A stretch of DNA of 33,651 nt from Candidatus Altarchaeum sp. (GCA_018260615.1 JAGWDQ010000101.1:1-33651); one strand, 5' to 3'. Counted from the first letter of the stretch, positions 18,332-28,988 are shown. Translations and numbers: made by a program. Notes: generated by a model from the letters alone, not told the origin.

Positions 18332-19585
18332 TTAATTCATATCTTCATATATCGGAAACTCATTACATAAATTTAACATCTCTCCTTTTACTTTTTCCTG
18401 AACTTCTTTATTATTTAAATTTTTCAGGACAACTATTATCTGACCTGCTATCTTATCCATCTCTTTTTCTTTCATTCCTCTTGCAGTAACCGCAGGTGTT
18501 CCGATTCTTATTCCGCTTGCTATGGTCGGTGACAGGGTATCAAAAGGAATTGCATTTTTGTTTACAACGATTCCCGCATTGTATAATGCTTCTACCGCAT
18601 CTTTACCCGTAATTTTTTGTGAAGTAAGGTCAATTAAACATAAATGATTATCTGTTCCTCCGGAAACAATCCTGTAGCCCTCTTCTGCAAATACCTTTGC
18701 TATTCTCTTTGAATTTTTGATAACATTTGCAATATAGTCCTTAAATTCATCCGTCATCGCATATTTAAAACAAATTGCCTTGGCAGCAATTACATGCATA
18801 AAAGGACCTCCCTGAACTCCGGGAAAGACCGCTTTGTCTATTTCCTTTTGATATTTTTCCTTTGAAAGAATAAATGCGCCCCTGGGACCCTGTAATGTTT
18901 TTTGTGTCGTTGAGGTTACAAAATCAGCATAAGGAACAGGCGATATATGAAATTTAGCGGCAACCAATCCCGCAATATGGGCAATATCTGCCATCAGATA
19001 TGCACCAACTTCGTCTGCAATTTCTTTGAATGCCTTAAAATCAATCTCCCTCGAATAAGAACTTGCACCTGCTATAATGAGCTTCGGATTTGTTTTTTTT
19101 GCAATGTCTGAAATTTCTGCAAAATCAATTCGCTCGGTATCTTTGTTTACTCCATATTGCACGGAGTTATAAATTTTTCCGCTTGCACTGAATTTTGCAC
19201 CGTGCGATAAATGTCCTCCGCATGCCAAACTCATCCCCAGGATTGTATCTCCCGGTTTAAGCACAGCGGTATAAACGGCAAAATTTGCGGTTGTCCCGGA
19301 ATTTGGCTGAACATTTGCGTGTTCCGCATCAAATAATTTCTTTGCCCGCTCTATTGCCAGATCCTCTGCAACATCAACAAATTCACATCCGCCATAATAT
19401 CGCTTATGAGGATAACCCTCTGCATATTTGTTTGTCATCAGACCTCCCTGTGCTTCTAAAATTGCTTTGCTTGCATAAGTTTCAGACGCAATTAAATTTA
19501 CATAATTTTTTTGTCTGTTTAATTCGTTTTTCATTGCATTTGCAATTTCAGGATCTATTTTTTCTATATGTCCTATATGATGCAT
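18332..19585 (-). CDS. glyA: serine hydroxymethyltransferase, bacterial-type sequence
   Basis: [64 protein letters not shown]. Confidence 0.96.
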   Translation of the reverse strand: MHHIGHIEKIDPEIANAMKNELNRQKNYVNLIASETYASKAILEAQGGLMTNKYAEGYPHKRYYGGCEFVDVAEDLAIERAKKLFDAEHANVQPNSGTTANFAVYTAVLKPGDTILGMSLACGGHLSHGAKFSASGKIYNSVQYGVNKDTERIDFAEISDIAKKTNPKLIIAGASSYSREIDFKAFKEIADEVGAYLMADIAHIAGLVAAKFHISPVPYADFVTSTTQKTLQGPRGAFILSKEKYQKEIDKAVFPGVQGGPFMHVIAAKAICFKYAMTDEFKDYIANVIKNSKRIAKVFAEEGYRIVSGGTDNHLCLIDLTSQKITGKDAVEALYNAGIVVNKNAIPFDTLSPTIASGIRIGTPAVTARGMKEKEMDKIAGQIIVVLKNLNNKEVQEKVKGEMLNLCNEFPIYEDMN

Positions 19586-19672
19586 TTTCTTTTGTTTTTG
19601 AATATTATTTTAAATTTATAAATTTCATTTTTTTGGATAAATTTTAAATTTCATAAAATTTCAAATTTTATT

Positions 19673-19831
19673 TTACTTCTTCAGCCGGAAGTATATTGAA
19701 ACAAGTGCTATTATTATCAAAATTACAATCGCAACCTTTACGAAAAACATCAAAAATCCCCATAAAAACCAAAGCAATGCCACAACCAAAAACACCGCAA
19801 CTATTCCCAAAATAATTTTTTCAACATCCAT
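19673..19831 (-). CDS. 52-aa two-helix membrane microprotein (below ORF-track cutoff)
   Basis: ATG...TAA encoding MDVEKIILGIVAVFLVVALLWFLWGFLMFFVKVAIVILIIIALVSIYFRLKK, between serS and glyA on the same strand. Confidence 0.7.
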   Translation of the reverse strand: MDVEKIILGIVAVFLVVALLWFLWGFLMFFVKVAIVILIIIALVSIYFRLKK

Positions 19832-19889
19832 TTTAAATTTTTAAAATTTTATTCTTTACCATTTTTTACAGTTTTATGAAGTATATGAT

Positions 19890-19961
19890 TTTCATGAGCA
19901 TCACACGGAGGCACAGAGACACAAAGAAGGTTAGACACCGTGGCTTTGTGACTTTGTGCGA
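19890..19961 (-). repeat. minimal backbone copy of the intergenic element family
   Basis: Minus strand: tcgcacaaagtcacaaagccacggtgtctaaccttctttgtgtctctgtgcctccgtgtga, starting ~15 nt after the serS stop. Confidence 0.8.
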
Positions 19962-19976
19962 ATATTTTACTATTTT

Positions 19977-21476
19977 TCACAAAAATTTAATTCCTTTTTC
20001 TATTTCTTCCCTCTTTGCATAATTTTTAAATTTTTCCGGCCAGTCATCATAATTAAATCCGTGCTGTGCCAAAAATGCAACAAGCCACCTTTCCAGTCCG
20101 ATTCCCGTGCATCCGCTCCATAACTCCCCTTTTTGTGTTTTAATATTGAATGCAGATGTATATTTATCCCCGACAATACTTAAATTCTGGAATTCAAGCC
20201 ACTGACTTTCTTCCCTGTTTCCGCGATAAGGCAAATATGCTTCAAAATCAACAGTCCCTTTCCATAATTTAGCGCCTTCTCCTTTTACACATTCTGCTTC
20301 TCCGGCATGCTGCATATAAAACGGAACCACATCAGCCATTCTCCATTCCAGATCCAAAATTTCATTAAATATAAATTTATACCTTTCAGTCATCCTTTCC
20401 TTTAATTCCGCAAGGACTTCCGGAGTTCCTATATAAACGCATTCAATCCTGTGAAATTCATCCACTCGCTCAATGCCGTGAGTTCCCCCCGACTCATACC
20501 TTGCCGAATTGACCGTTCTTTCAAAAATTTTTAAGGGCAAATTATCTTCCGCAATTGTTTTGTTGTTCAATGCCTGATATATCATCGGACACTGTGCATA
20601 AGTAATTCCGTAATTAATATCAACTAATTCCTTTAAGTCCTCTTTCGGGATGTTTTTGGTTATTTTTACGACATCCTTGAAATGTTCCCATGCTGCTTCA
20701 TCCCTCGTCTTCGGATTAGCCACATAATAAATTTCATTCGGCATTCCGTAAATATGTCCTGTTTTGAGCCAGATTTCCAGCGGTTTTATATTTGAGGCAA
20801 TTACCTCTTTAAATCCAATAAATTTAACGAACTCTTCAACTGCAATTGTTTTCATTACATTGAGCAAGTGTGCCGCCTGCGGAAAATAAAACCACTTTCC
20901 CTTGCTTATCTGAAAAATCCACCCTCTCTTTCGCATCTCTTCGCTTGGGTCCGTATTAAATTTCATATCTTTTTTTTCTGATTGCCATAATAAATTCCAG
21001 TACTCTTTCTTTCCTTCATAATACTGTTTTGCTACTTTTTCCTTTATTAAATTTATGAGCCGGTCGGCATAATTATCCATCAGAAAATTTTCATCCGCAT
21101 CTTTAATTAAGACATTACATAAATTTCCTTCAAATCTAACCTCTGCAAAAGGAACAGAGATTGGCTTTAATGGCTGCTTATCTGTCTCAAATAAAATTTC
21201 GTATTTGTCTGCAAAAATTTCCTTAATGCCGATGTGATATTTCTTTCCTATGTGTTCCGCCAGGATTTTTTTGATTCTGGCAAATAAACTGTGTGCCCTG
21301 TAATCAGACAAAATTTCTAATTTTATATCTTTATCTATATTGACATTTATTTTAAATTCGCCGTCAATTCCCTTCTTTAAATTTTCCGCTTTGCTCAATA
21401 CATCGTCTATTTCACTTTTACTGATTTCCGTAAATTCCCTGCTGCCTTTTATCGTCACCGAAAGTGCAAATTTCAT
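19977..21476 (-). CDS. serS: seryl-tRNA synthetase, methanogen-type (atypical, Zn-dependent)
   Basis: YAQCP, RYESGGTHGIERVDEFHRIE, WLEFQNLS, SGCTGIGLERW; long mixed alpha/beta N-terminal domain rather than a coiled coil. Confidence 0.93.
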   Translation of the reverse strand: MKFALSVTIKGSREFTEISKSEIDDVLSKAENLKKGIDGEFKINVNIDKDIKLEILSDYRAHSLFARIKKILAEHIGKKYHIGIKEIFADKYEILFETDKQPLKPISVPFAEVRFEGNLCNVLIKDADENFLMDNYADRLINLIKEKVAKQYYEGKKEYWNLLWQSEKKDMKFNTDPSEEMRKRGWIFQISKGKWFYFPQAAHLLNVMKTIAVEEFVKFIGFKEVIASNIKPLEIWLKTGHIYGMPNEIYYVANPKTRDEAAWEHFKDVVKITKNIPKEDLKELVDINYGITYAQCPMIYQALNNKTIAEDNLPLKIFERTVNSARYESGGTHGIERVDEFHRIECVYIGTPEVLAELKERMTERYKFIFNEILDLEWRMADVVPFYMQHAGEAECVKGEGAKLWKGTVDFEAYLPYRGNREESQWLEFQNLSIVGDKYTSAFNIKTQKGELWSGCTGIGLERWLVAFLAQHGFNYDDWPEKFKNYAKREEIEKGIKFL

Positions 21477-21499
21477 TTTAAAATTTAATTTTCAGTGTT

Positions 21500-22333
21500 T
21501 TAATTTTCATCACGCTTCTTTTTCTGAAATTTTTCTATTGCCGAACGAATGTCAATATAATATGTTCCTTCTCTGAGAGCGGCAATAACCGGCTTATTCC
21601 CCATCAGTCCGGGAACATCAATTTCATATTTTCCTGTCCTTAAAATTTTAAGCGTTTCCATATCCATAGAAACAGCTCCGTCAATTTTATCTTTAAACAC
21701 ATTTTCAAGCCATTCTTCATCAGTTAAGGGTATTGGCTTTGGTTTCTCTTCAGCCACATCTGCTTTTTCTTCAGGAACCTTTACCACATCTGCTTTTTCT
21801 TTTTTCTTACCATCAATAACTATTGGTTTAAATGTGTTTATATCTTCTATTCCGCCTCGCCTCATTATGCCGTCTATCTTCTGTTTATTCTCTTCAATTT
21901 GTCGTTGCTCGGATGTTTGTATTTGCGGAACTACATTTTTACTTTCTTCTTCCGCAGCATATTTTTTCCAGCCGTAAAAGTCCGCTTTAAATTTTACCTG
22001 TTCAGGTGACGGGGCTTCAAGAATAACTGGCTTTTTGACTTCCTCTGTTTTCTCTATATTTTTCCCTACTGCTTCTTTGACAATTTCTTTTTCAGTTTCC
22101 TCTTTTGATTTTATCTTTTTTACAATTACGACATCTCCGACCCTTCTGACCTCAACTTCACCTGCCACACCCAAAGCTTTCTCCTCAGGTGTTTGAAGTT
22201 CTTCCTTCTTTAGTAAGTCCTCCTCTGTTCCTGCTGATAAAAAAAACCTTCCTCCGCATTGTATACATTGCTTAACTGTAAGGATTTCCTCATCGGAATA
22301 TATTTTACTGCACCTTAAACATTTATGAGCCAT
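21500..22333 (-). CDS. DUF2072 (OapC/ArvC-like) Zn-ribbon protein with long low-complexity linker
   Basis: MAHKCLRC...CIQCGGRFF N-terminus; ETLKILRTGKYEIDV...EGTYYIDI C-terminus. Confidence 0.8.
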   Translation of the reverse strand: MAHKCLRCSKIYSDEEILTVKQCIQCGGRFFLSAGTEEDLLKKEELQTPEEKALGVAGEVEVRRVGDVVIVKKIKSKEETEKEIVKEAVGKNIEKTEEVKKPVILEAPSPEQVKFKADFYGWKKYAAEEESKNVVPQIQTSEQRQIEENKQKIDGIMRRGGIEDINTFKPIVIDGKKKEKADVVKVPEEKADVAEEKPKPIPLTDEEWLENVFKDKIDGAVSMDMETLKILRTGKYEIDVPGLMGNKPVIAALREGTYYIDIRSAIEKFQKKKRDEN

Positions 22334-22361
22334 TTTAGTTAATAGTTGATTAAATAATTAA

Positions 22362-25300
22362 TTAATTTTGAATAACAATTTGAGCAATTAAAGCAAAGGC
22401 ATCAGGTAAATTTATATCATGGTTGTTATCTAAATCGCAATATAGCGGATAACTTAAATTTTTCTCTCCGTTTAAATATTCAAGCATTTCAACCAGATCA
22501 AAAAGGTCTTTTGCTTTACAGGTATTTGCACATCCAATTGCGGAGGTGTCATTCCAACCATTTGCTTTATCACAATAATTGTTATCTCCTAAACTTGGAA
22601 GCCAGTTTGTTGAATTAAAATCCAATTCAGTATTTTCGCAAATGTAATTTCCGTTTATTGTTGAATTTGATTCCCGAGAGAAAATTCCGATTTTGTTGTT
22701 TGAAATTTGATTATCTTCAATTGTGTTATTTGAATTTTCTTCTCCAATAAAACAATGTCCCCGGGCATCACAGTTGGAAATTGTAATTCCCGTTTCGTTG
22801 TTGTTTGAAATTTGATTGTTTGAAATTTTGTTGAAATTTGAATAACTAAAGATGTAAATTCCGTTTTCGTTTAAATTTATTGTATTGTTGACTATGTAGT
22901 TATTCCCTGAAGAATGTAAATAGATTGCTTGATGATTTGAATTTGCCGTGTTGTTTGCCAATGTATTATTTGAAGCGGAAAGTAAAAAAATCCCATACAA
23001 ATTTGAATTTGCTGTGTTGTTAGTCATATTATTGTTAAAAGAAGAAAGCAAAAAGATTCCATTATTATAATTTGAATTTGCCGTATTATTTGTCAATGTA
23101 TTATCTACCGAGTAATAAAGAAAAATTCCTTCTTCGTAATTTGAATTTGCTGCGTTGTTTAAAATTTTACTATTTGTTGTATTTACAAGCAGAATTCCCT
23201 GAGAATTGTTATCTAAATTCAAATTTTTAACTGTGATGTTATCACACGAAATCAGAGCAACAAATCCGGCATTGCTTGATTCGTTAATTTCCAAATTTTT
23301 ACAGTTCGTCAAATAGAATATTGGTCTGGTATTAATTACATTTGATTTATCTATATCCTGAACATAATGAGAAATGTCTTCGCCGTCAATGTTAAAATTG
23401 AACATGTTGTTTGTGAATAGGTTGTTTCTTAAAATGTTATCTTGTGAGGAAAATAAAGAAATTCCAAAAAGGTTTGAAATTGCTGTGTTGTTTGATAAGG
23501 TATTATTTGGGGAGTTCTCTAAAGAAATCCCTTTCTCAAAATTGGTAATCCCACAATTCTTTATAGTGTTATTTGTTTTGCCATTTAAATAAATCCCAAC
23601 ACCTCCGCCATTACCCGTAATTGTATGTCCTTGACAATCAAATATCCTGTTTGTGAAATTTTCAGGATTATCAATACATGTTGGAAAAGTTTCGGAAGGA
23701 ACTACTACATCATCATTCAAGGTCATAATTGGACAAACAGAACTATGTCCATTTAATTTGGCATAACAACTATTACAGGAGGAACAATTGCAATTCACCA
23801 TACAAATATAAGTGCAGCCTCCGGTTGTCCCAGTATCATTCCATCCGTTTGAATTACTACATGTATTATTAGTCCCATTACTTTCAGACCAATCCGGTGA
23901 AGAAAAGTCAGATTGTATATTGTCACAAGCCCAGTTTTCAATTATTGTTGAATTTGAATTCTCTGAATAAATACCTACATTATTCTCATTTACATTGTTG
24001 TTTCTTAGCGTATTATTTAATGACCCATATAAAGAAATTCCATTCTCCATGTTTGAATTTACTGTGTTGTTTGTTATATTGTTGTTATTTGAATAAAAAT
24101 TTATAAAAACCCCGTAATGCCAATTTGAATTTACTATGTTGTTTGTCAAGACATTATCCGATGAATAATCTATATGAATTCCTATATCCCTATTTGAATT
24201 CGCTATATTGTTTATCAAGGTGTTATTATTTGAGGATAATGATAAACTAATTCCTTCCCTTATATTTAAATTTGCTGTATTGTTATTTATACTATTGTTA
24301 TTTGAAGTAACTAATACTATTCCAAATTCATTTGAATTCGCCGTGTTATTGATGATTTTACTGTTTGTTGTATTTATAAGCAAAATTCCGTGTGAATTAT
24401 TATGCAGATTTAAATTTTTAACTGTAATGTTATCACACGAAATCAGGGCAACAAAACCGGAATTGTTTAATTCATTGATTTCAGCATTTTTACAACCATC
24501 CGGAACATTCTTTTCGTTTGTCCAGTAAAATATTGGTTTGCCCTCAACTGAATTTGATTTATCTATATCCTGATAAAAATGAGAAATTTCCATTCCTTTA
24601 ATGTTAAAATTTTGTCCGTTATTTGCAAATGTGTTATTTCTTAAAGTATTGTTTGGTGATAAAAATAAGCCAATTCCAAACATATTTGAATTTGCGGTAT
24701 TGTTTGTTAAAATATTATTGAAAGAAGAAAATAGATAAATTCCAAACATATTTGAATTTGCGGTATTGTTTAAAATTTTACTATTTGTTGTGTTTACAAG
24801 CAAAATTCCATGCGAATTATCCTGTAAATTTAAGTTTTTAACTGTAATGTTGTCGCAGGAAACCAAAGCAACGAAACCCGTATTATTCAATTCTGAAATT
24901 TCTGCATTTGTGCAGCTATTCGGGCCATATTTTTCATTTGTCCAGTAAAATATTGGCTGTCCATTAACTAAATTAGATATATCAATATCCTGATAAAAAT
25001 CAGAAATTTGCCCTCCATTGATGTGAAAATTATATGTGTTATTTGTAAATATGTTGTTCCTTAAAATATTGTTTGAGGAAGATAACAAAACAATTCCCAT
25101 AATATTTAAATTTGCTGTATTGTTCGTCAATGTGTTATTTGAAGAACCATCAGATAAGAATATTCCATTCACTGATGAATTTAGAGTATTATTTGCCAAA
25201 ATATTATTTGAAGAATAATCTCGCAATAAAATTCCGTTTTCCAGCGAATTTAATGTATTATTCACAAGAGTGTTGTTTACAGAATCTCCCATTTCAATTC

Positions 25301-26225
25301 CTCTCTCAAACTCAGTAATAACGCAATTTCTTATAGTGTTGTTTTGCTTATGTTTAAAACCAATCCCAAAACTGCCCGGATATTTAATCCCGTCAATTAT
25401 ATGTCCCTGACAGTCAAAAATCTTATTGTTAAAATTTATGGGATTTTCAATACAACTCCCACTATGATCCATCATATCTGCGGTTAAATTTACTTGTGAA
25501 CAATCAGGATGAGAAAGTTTATAACTACATTCTCCACAGGATGAGCAATTACAATTATCTATTTGACAAATTGACTTACATCCGCTGACATTTGTTGCAT
25601 CGTGATAATTCAGGGAAGATAAGCAGGTATTATTATCACCTGTTGCAGCATTTATTTGATCCACATAAACATCGGATTGTGAATTATTACACATATGATT
25701 TAATGTTAGTGAGTTGTTGTTGCTATCTCTACCTAAATAAATTCCAAATTGAGTATTTGCACTTGCCGTGTTGTTTGTTAATATATTATTTGATGAAGAA
25801 TCCAAACCAATACCTAAATCAAAGTTGGTAATTATACAGTTTCTAACGGTATTGTTCGTTTTATTAAATAAATAAATTCCTGCGCCATCTCCAGAACCCT
25901 CAATTGTGTGTCCCTGGCAGTCAAAAATTTTATTATTGAAATTTTTCGGATTAGTGATGCAATCTCCGGAGTCAGGATTTATACTGTTGTTTAATTTTAC
26001 CGTGCCGATGCAATTCATATTATCATTTAAAGCATCCGTGCAATCGCCGCAGGAATCACATTCACAATTTCCACCCCCATCTGGAGCATAAGCAAAAACA
26101 TTCCCGCCTGCCAAAAAAACCAAAACGACAGCAAATAGTCCTGCCAAAACAAAATTTAATGCATTTCCCTTTCCAAAATTTCCATTCCCTCTTTGTGTTT
26201 CGCTAACACATTTTTTTGTATTCAT
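22362..26225 (-). CDS. secreted/surface parallel beta-helix (NosD/PbH1) protein with Cys-rich modules and dockerin-like tail
   Basis: Signal-like FVLAGLFAVVLVFLAGGNVFA; many GI.L.SS.NNTL.NNTAN.N repeats; three NCxCxSCxxC...FDCQGH modules; CDLDNNHDINLPDAFALI tail. Confidence 0.9.
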   Translation of the reverse strand: MNTKKCVSETQRGNGNFGKGNALNFVLAGLFAVVLVFLAGGNVFAYAPDGGGNCECDSCGDCTDALNDNMNCIGTVKLNNSINPDSGDCITNPKNFNNKIFDCQGHTIEGSGDGAGIYLFNKTNNTVRNCIITNFDLGIGLDSSSNNILTNNTASANTQFGIYLGRDSNNNSLTLNHMCNNSQSDVYVDQINAATGDNNTCLSSLNYHDATNVSGCKSICQIDNCNCSSCGECSYKLSHPDCSQVNLTADMMDHSGSCIENPINFNNKIFDCQGHIIDGIKYPGSFGIGFKHKQNNTIRNCVITEFERGIEMGDSVNNTLVNNTLNSLENGILLRDYSSNNILANNTLNSSVNGIFLSDGSSNNTLTNNTANLNIMGIVLLSSSNNILRNNIFTNNTYNFHINGGQISDFYQDIDISNLVNGQPIFYWTNEKYGPNSCTNAEISELNNTGFVALVSCDNITVKNLNLQDNSHGILLVNTTNSKILNNTANSNMFGIYLFSSFNNILTNNTANSNMFGIGLFLSPNNTLRNNTFANNGQNFNIKGMEISHFYQDIDKSNSVEGKPIFYWTNEKNVPDGCKNAEINELNNSGFVALISCDNITVKNLNLHNNSHGILLINTTNSKIINNTANSNEFGIVLVTSNNNSINNNTANLNIREGISLSLSSNNNTLINNIANSNRDIGIHIDYSSDNVLTNNIVNSNWHYGVFINFYSNNNNITNNTVNSNMENGISLYGSLNNTLRNNNVNENNVGIYSENSNSTIIENWACDNIQSDFSSPDWSESNGTNNTCSNSNGWNDTGTTGGCTYICMVNCNCSSCNSCYAKLNGHSSVCPIMTLNDDVVVPSETFPTCIDNPENFTNRIFDCQGHTITGNGGGVGIYLNGKTNNTIKNCGITNFEKGISLENSPNNTLSNNTAISNLFGISLFSSQDNILRNNLFTNNMFNFNIDGEDISHYVQDIDKSNVINTRPIFYLTNCKNLEINESSNAGFVALISCDNITVKNLNLDNNSQGILLVNTTNSKILNNAANSNYEEGIFLYYSVDNTLTNNTANSNYNNGIFLLSSFNNNMTNNTANSNLYGIFLLSASNNTLANNTANSNHQAIYLHSSGNNYIVNNTINLNENGIYIFSYSNFNKISNNQISNNNETGITISNCDARGHCFIGEENSNNTIEDNQISNNKIGIFSRESNSTINGNYICENTELDFNSTNWLPSLGDNNYCDKANGWNDTSAIGCANTCKAKDLFDLVEMLEYLNGEKNLSYPLYCDLDNNHDINLPDAFALIAQIVIQN

Positions 26226-26326
26226 CTTTTATCACCTTATAATCTAAACTTTTTTAAATTTAAACATTTATAGTATATTTTAATTTATTTACAATTATTA
26301 ATTTAAATTTTAGTAAAATATTTCAA

Positions 26327-26998
26327 ATGAAATTTTCGGAAAAAATTTTAAAACGCGCAGCGGAAATAAACAGCAGAATGATATTCAATTTAGATGTTGA
26401 AAAAGGCATTGCCATATTAGATGAAATTTACCCTTATATTGCCGCCTGTAAAATAAACCGCACACTTACGGACATTATCGGCATGAACGAAATTAAAAGG
26501 ATAATTGAGCAATACCCCGATATGGTTTTTATTGCAGATTTCAAAATTGCAGACATTCCCCATACAAATGAAGTCCTCTCAAAAAATGCCAAACAATTGG
26601 GATTTGATGCAATCACGGCGCAAGCATTTGTCGGAAGTGATGCCGTAATGGCGGTTCAAAAAAATTTGGATGTTATTCTCGTTGTGGCAATGTCCCACGA
26701 AGGAGCAAAGGAATTCATAAGCAAAAATACCAAAAAATTTTGCGAACTTGCCTTAAATTTAAACATTGATGCGGTTGTTGCTCCTGCAACGAGGACCGAA
26801 GAGATAAAAACAGTGAAGAAAATTTTAAAAGCTCAAGCAATTATACTCTCTCCGGGTGTGGGAATACAGGGAGGAAATTTCGGAGATGCGATAAAAAACG
26901 GAGCCGACTTTGAAATGCTCGGAAGAACAATTTACGATGCAAAAAATCCGGCAGAAATTGCGAAGGAAATTTATGAAAAATTACCTTTTAAAAAATAA
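26327..26998 (+). CDS. pyrF: orotidine 5'-phosphate decarboxylase
   Basis: ACK, ADFKIADIPHT catalytic DxKxxD, VAMSH, VAPAT, SPGVG.QGG, GRTIY. Confidence 0.96.
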   Translation: MKFSEKILKRAAEINSRMIFNLDVEKGIAILDEIYPYIAACKINRTLTDIIGMNEIKRIIEQYPDMVFIADFKIADIPHTNEVLSKNAKQLGFDAITAQAFVGSDAVMAVQKNLDVILVVAMSHEGAKEFISKNTKKFCELALNLNIDAVVAPATRTEEIKTVKKILKAQAIILSPGVGIQGGNFGDAIKNGADFEMLGRTIYDAKNPAEIAKEIYEKLPFKK

Positions 26999-27006
26999 AA
27001 AAATAT

Positions 27007-27092
27007 TCACACAAAGCCACAGAGTATAATACTGTCTTTGTGTCTCCGTGTCTTTGTGTGAGGAACTAATGAAAAACTTATGCTTTATAGAA
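27007..27092 (+). repeat. minimal backbone copy of the intergenic element family
   Basis: TCACACAAAG (27007-27016)...CTTTGTGTGA (27052-27061) inverted ends, plus a tail aatgaaaaac...ctttatagaat shared with 31112-31139. Confidence 0.85.
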
Positions 27093-27175
27093 TAGTAAAA
27101 AAACAAAATAAAAAATAAAGAAGGGGTAAAAAGAATAAAATTTCCTGCTAAATTTTCAACTTCCATACATAAATT

Positions 27176-28171
27176 TTATTTTTTCTTAAACATCTTTCTC
27201 AATTCAGCCCCGACCTTTTCAATTTGTATGTCTGCCTCTTCTTCTCTCATCTTGTTTAAATTTTTCATTCCACCTTTGCATTCATTTACCCATTCGTCTG
27301 CAAATTCTCCGCTTTGAATTTCTCCTAAAATTTCCTTCATCGTATCTTTGGTTTTTTCATTGATAATCCTCTTTCCCCTTGTCCTTCCTCCGTATTCTGC
27401 TGTATTTGAGACCTTATCCCACATATTTTCAATTCCTCCTTCATATATTAAATCAGTTATTAATTTCAATTCATGTAATGTCTCAAAATATGCAATTTCC
27501 GGCTGATAACCTGCTTTTACAAGCGTATCAAACGATGCCTTTATTAATTCTGCTGTCCCGCCGCATAAATCAACCTGTTCTCCAAAGAGATCTGTTTCTG
27601 TTTCTTCCTGAAATGTTGTTTCTATTACTCCCGCTCTTGTTGTTCCGATTGCCTTTGCAAATGCCAGTGCCTTGTCTTTTGCCTTTCCGCTTGCATTCTG
27701 GTAAATTGCTATCAATGCGGGTGTTCCAAAGCCCTCGGTGTATGTTTTCCTAACTCCTGCTCCCGGTGATTTCGGAGCAACCATTATAACATCAATATTA
27801 TTCGGCGGAATAATTTTCTTAAAATGTATATTAAATCCGTGTGAAAACATCAACGTATTGCCTTTTTTAATATACTGCTTTATGGACTTTTCATATACAT
27901 TCGCCTGTGTTTCATCCGGAACCAATATGTGAATAACATCTCCTTTTTTTGCTGCTTCTTCTATTGAAACCGGTTTAAATCCGTCTGCAACTGCCTGCTT
28001 ATAGGTCTCACTGTTATTATTTCGCAATCCGACAATAACCTCCATGCCTGATTCCTTTGCATTTAATGCCTGTGCCCTTCCCTGAATTCCATAACCGATA
28101 ACTGATATTGTTTTTCCTTTAAACACACTCATATTTGCATCGTCATCATAATATATCTTTGCCATTTTCAT
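27176..28171 (-). CDS. ilvC: ketol-acid reductoisomerase
   Basis: [61 protein letters not shown]. Confidence 0.97.
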   Translation of the reverse strand: MKMAKIYYDDDANMSVFKGKTISVIGYGIQGRAQALNAKESGMEVIVGLRNNNSETYKQAVADGFKPVSIEEAAKKGDVIHILVPDETQANVYEKSIKQYIKKGNTLMFSHGFNIHFKKIIPPNNIDVIMVAPKSPGAGVRKTYTEGFGTPALIAIYQNASGKAKDKALAFAKAIGTTRAGVIETTFQEETETDLFGEQVDLCGGTAELIKASFDTLVKAGYQPEIAYFETLHELKLITDLIYEGGIENMWDKVSNTAEYGGRTRGKRIINEKTKDTMKEILGEIQSGEFADEWVNECKGGMKNLNKMREEEADIQIEKVGAELRKMFKKK

Positions 28172-28331
28172 ATATTTGTTTAAATTTTTATTTTATTTAT
28201 AATTTTATTTTAAATCTTAATAATAAATAATAATTAAATTATGTTTCTATAACAAAATTTATAATATTCTTTGTTTAAATTTTTTACCACATTTTTTATT
28301 TAATATTTAATATCCTACTCCTAATTGATAG

Positions 28332-28452
28332 TGGATCAACGGTCATAGAGATGATGGAAACACCTGCTCTCATCCCGAACGCAGAAGTTAAGCATTATCT
28401 CGATCGTGTCAGTACTGCTCCATGAGTGGGAAAGCTGATTGCTGTTGATCCA
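28332..28452 (+). rRNA. rrf: 5S rRNA (stand-alone)
   Basis: Terminal helix tggatcaacgg/ctgttgatcca; conserved GGAAACACC, CATCCCGAAC, GAAGTTAAGC, AGTACTG, GGGAAA; 121 nt. Confidence 0.93.
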
Positions 28453-28547
28453 TTTGTAAATATTTTTAAATTTATTTTTTCTCTGTCAGTTTTTAAATTT
28501 TCTAATTCTAAACCTAATTCTAAATTTGAAATCTTAAATACATTGAA

Positions 28548-28988
28548 ATGAAATATACATCGGCAAATCTAAAAAGAATATTTATTGTAGAATTTGAACA
28601 TGGTGATGATTTAATTGAACAACTTACGGCACTTGTTAAGAAAGAACATATACTCGGCGGAGCAATTCTTCTTATAGGAGCAATGAAGAAAGCCACAATT
28701 GTTGTCGGTCCGGAAAAAATTTCAGTTCCGCCAGTTCCGATATGGAAAAATTTTGATGACGGACGGGAAATTTTGGGCGTCGGAACTATCTTTTGGAAGG
28801 AAAATGAGCCGAAAATTCATATTCATGCGGGGTTCGGGAGAGAAGACAATGTCCTCATTGGCTGCGTAAGGAAAAATACAGAGGTTTATTTGGTTGTTGA
28901 ATGTGTAATCTTTGAATTTGACAAAAAAACAGAGAAGAAATTTAATTCCGAAACGGGAATTGATTCAATAAATTTTGAGAATGTCTGA
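28548..28988 (+). CDS. PPC-domain (DUF296) DNA-binding protein
   Basis: FEHGDDL, LIGA, EILGVGTIF, PKIHIHAGFG, GCV...VECVI. Confidence 0.92.
   Translation: MKYTSANLKRIFIVEFEHGDDLIEQLTALVKKEHILGGAILLIGAMKKATIVVGPEKISVPPVPIWKNFDDGREILGVGTIFWKENEPKIHIHAGFGREDNVLIGCVRKNTEVYLVVECVIFEFDKKTEKKFNSETGIDSINFENV

Noticed and set aside
28290-28331. TATA box for the 5S rRNA (TTTAATAT ~28306-28313) and other promoters
   Set aside because: TATA-like words are ubiquitous in these AT-rich spacers; cannot be supported without TSS data.
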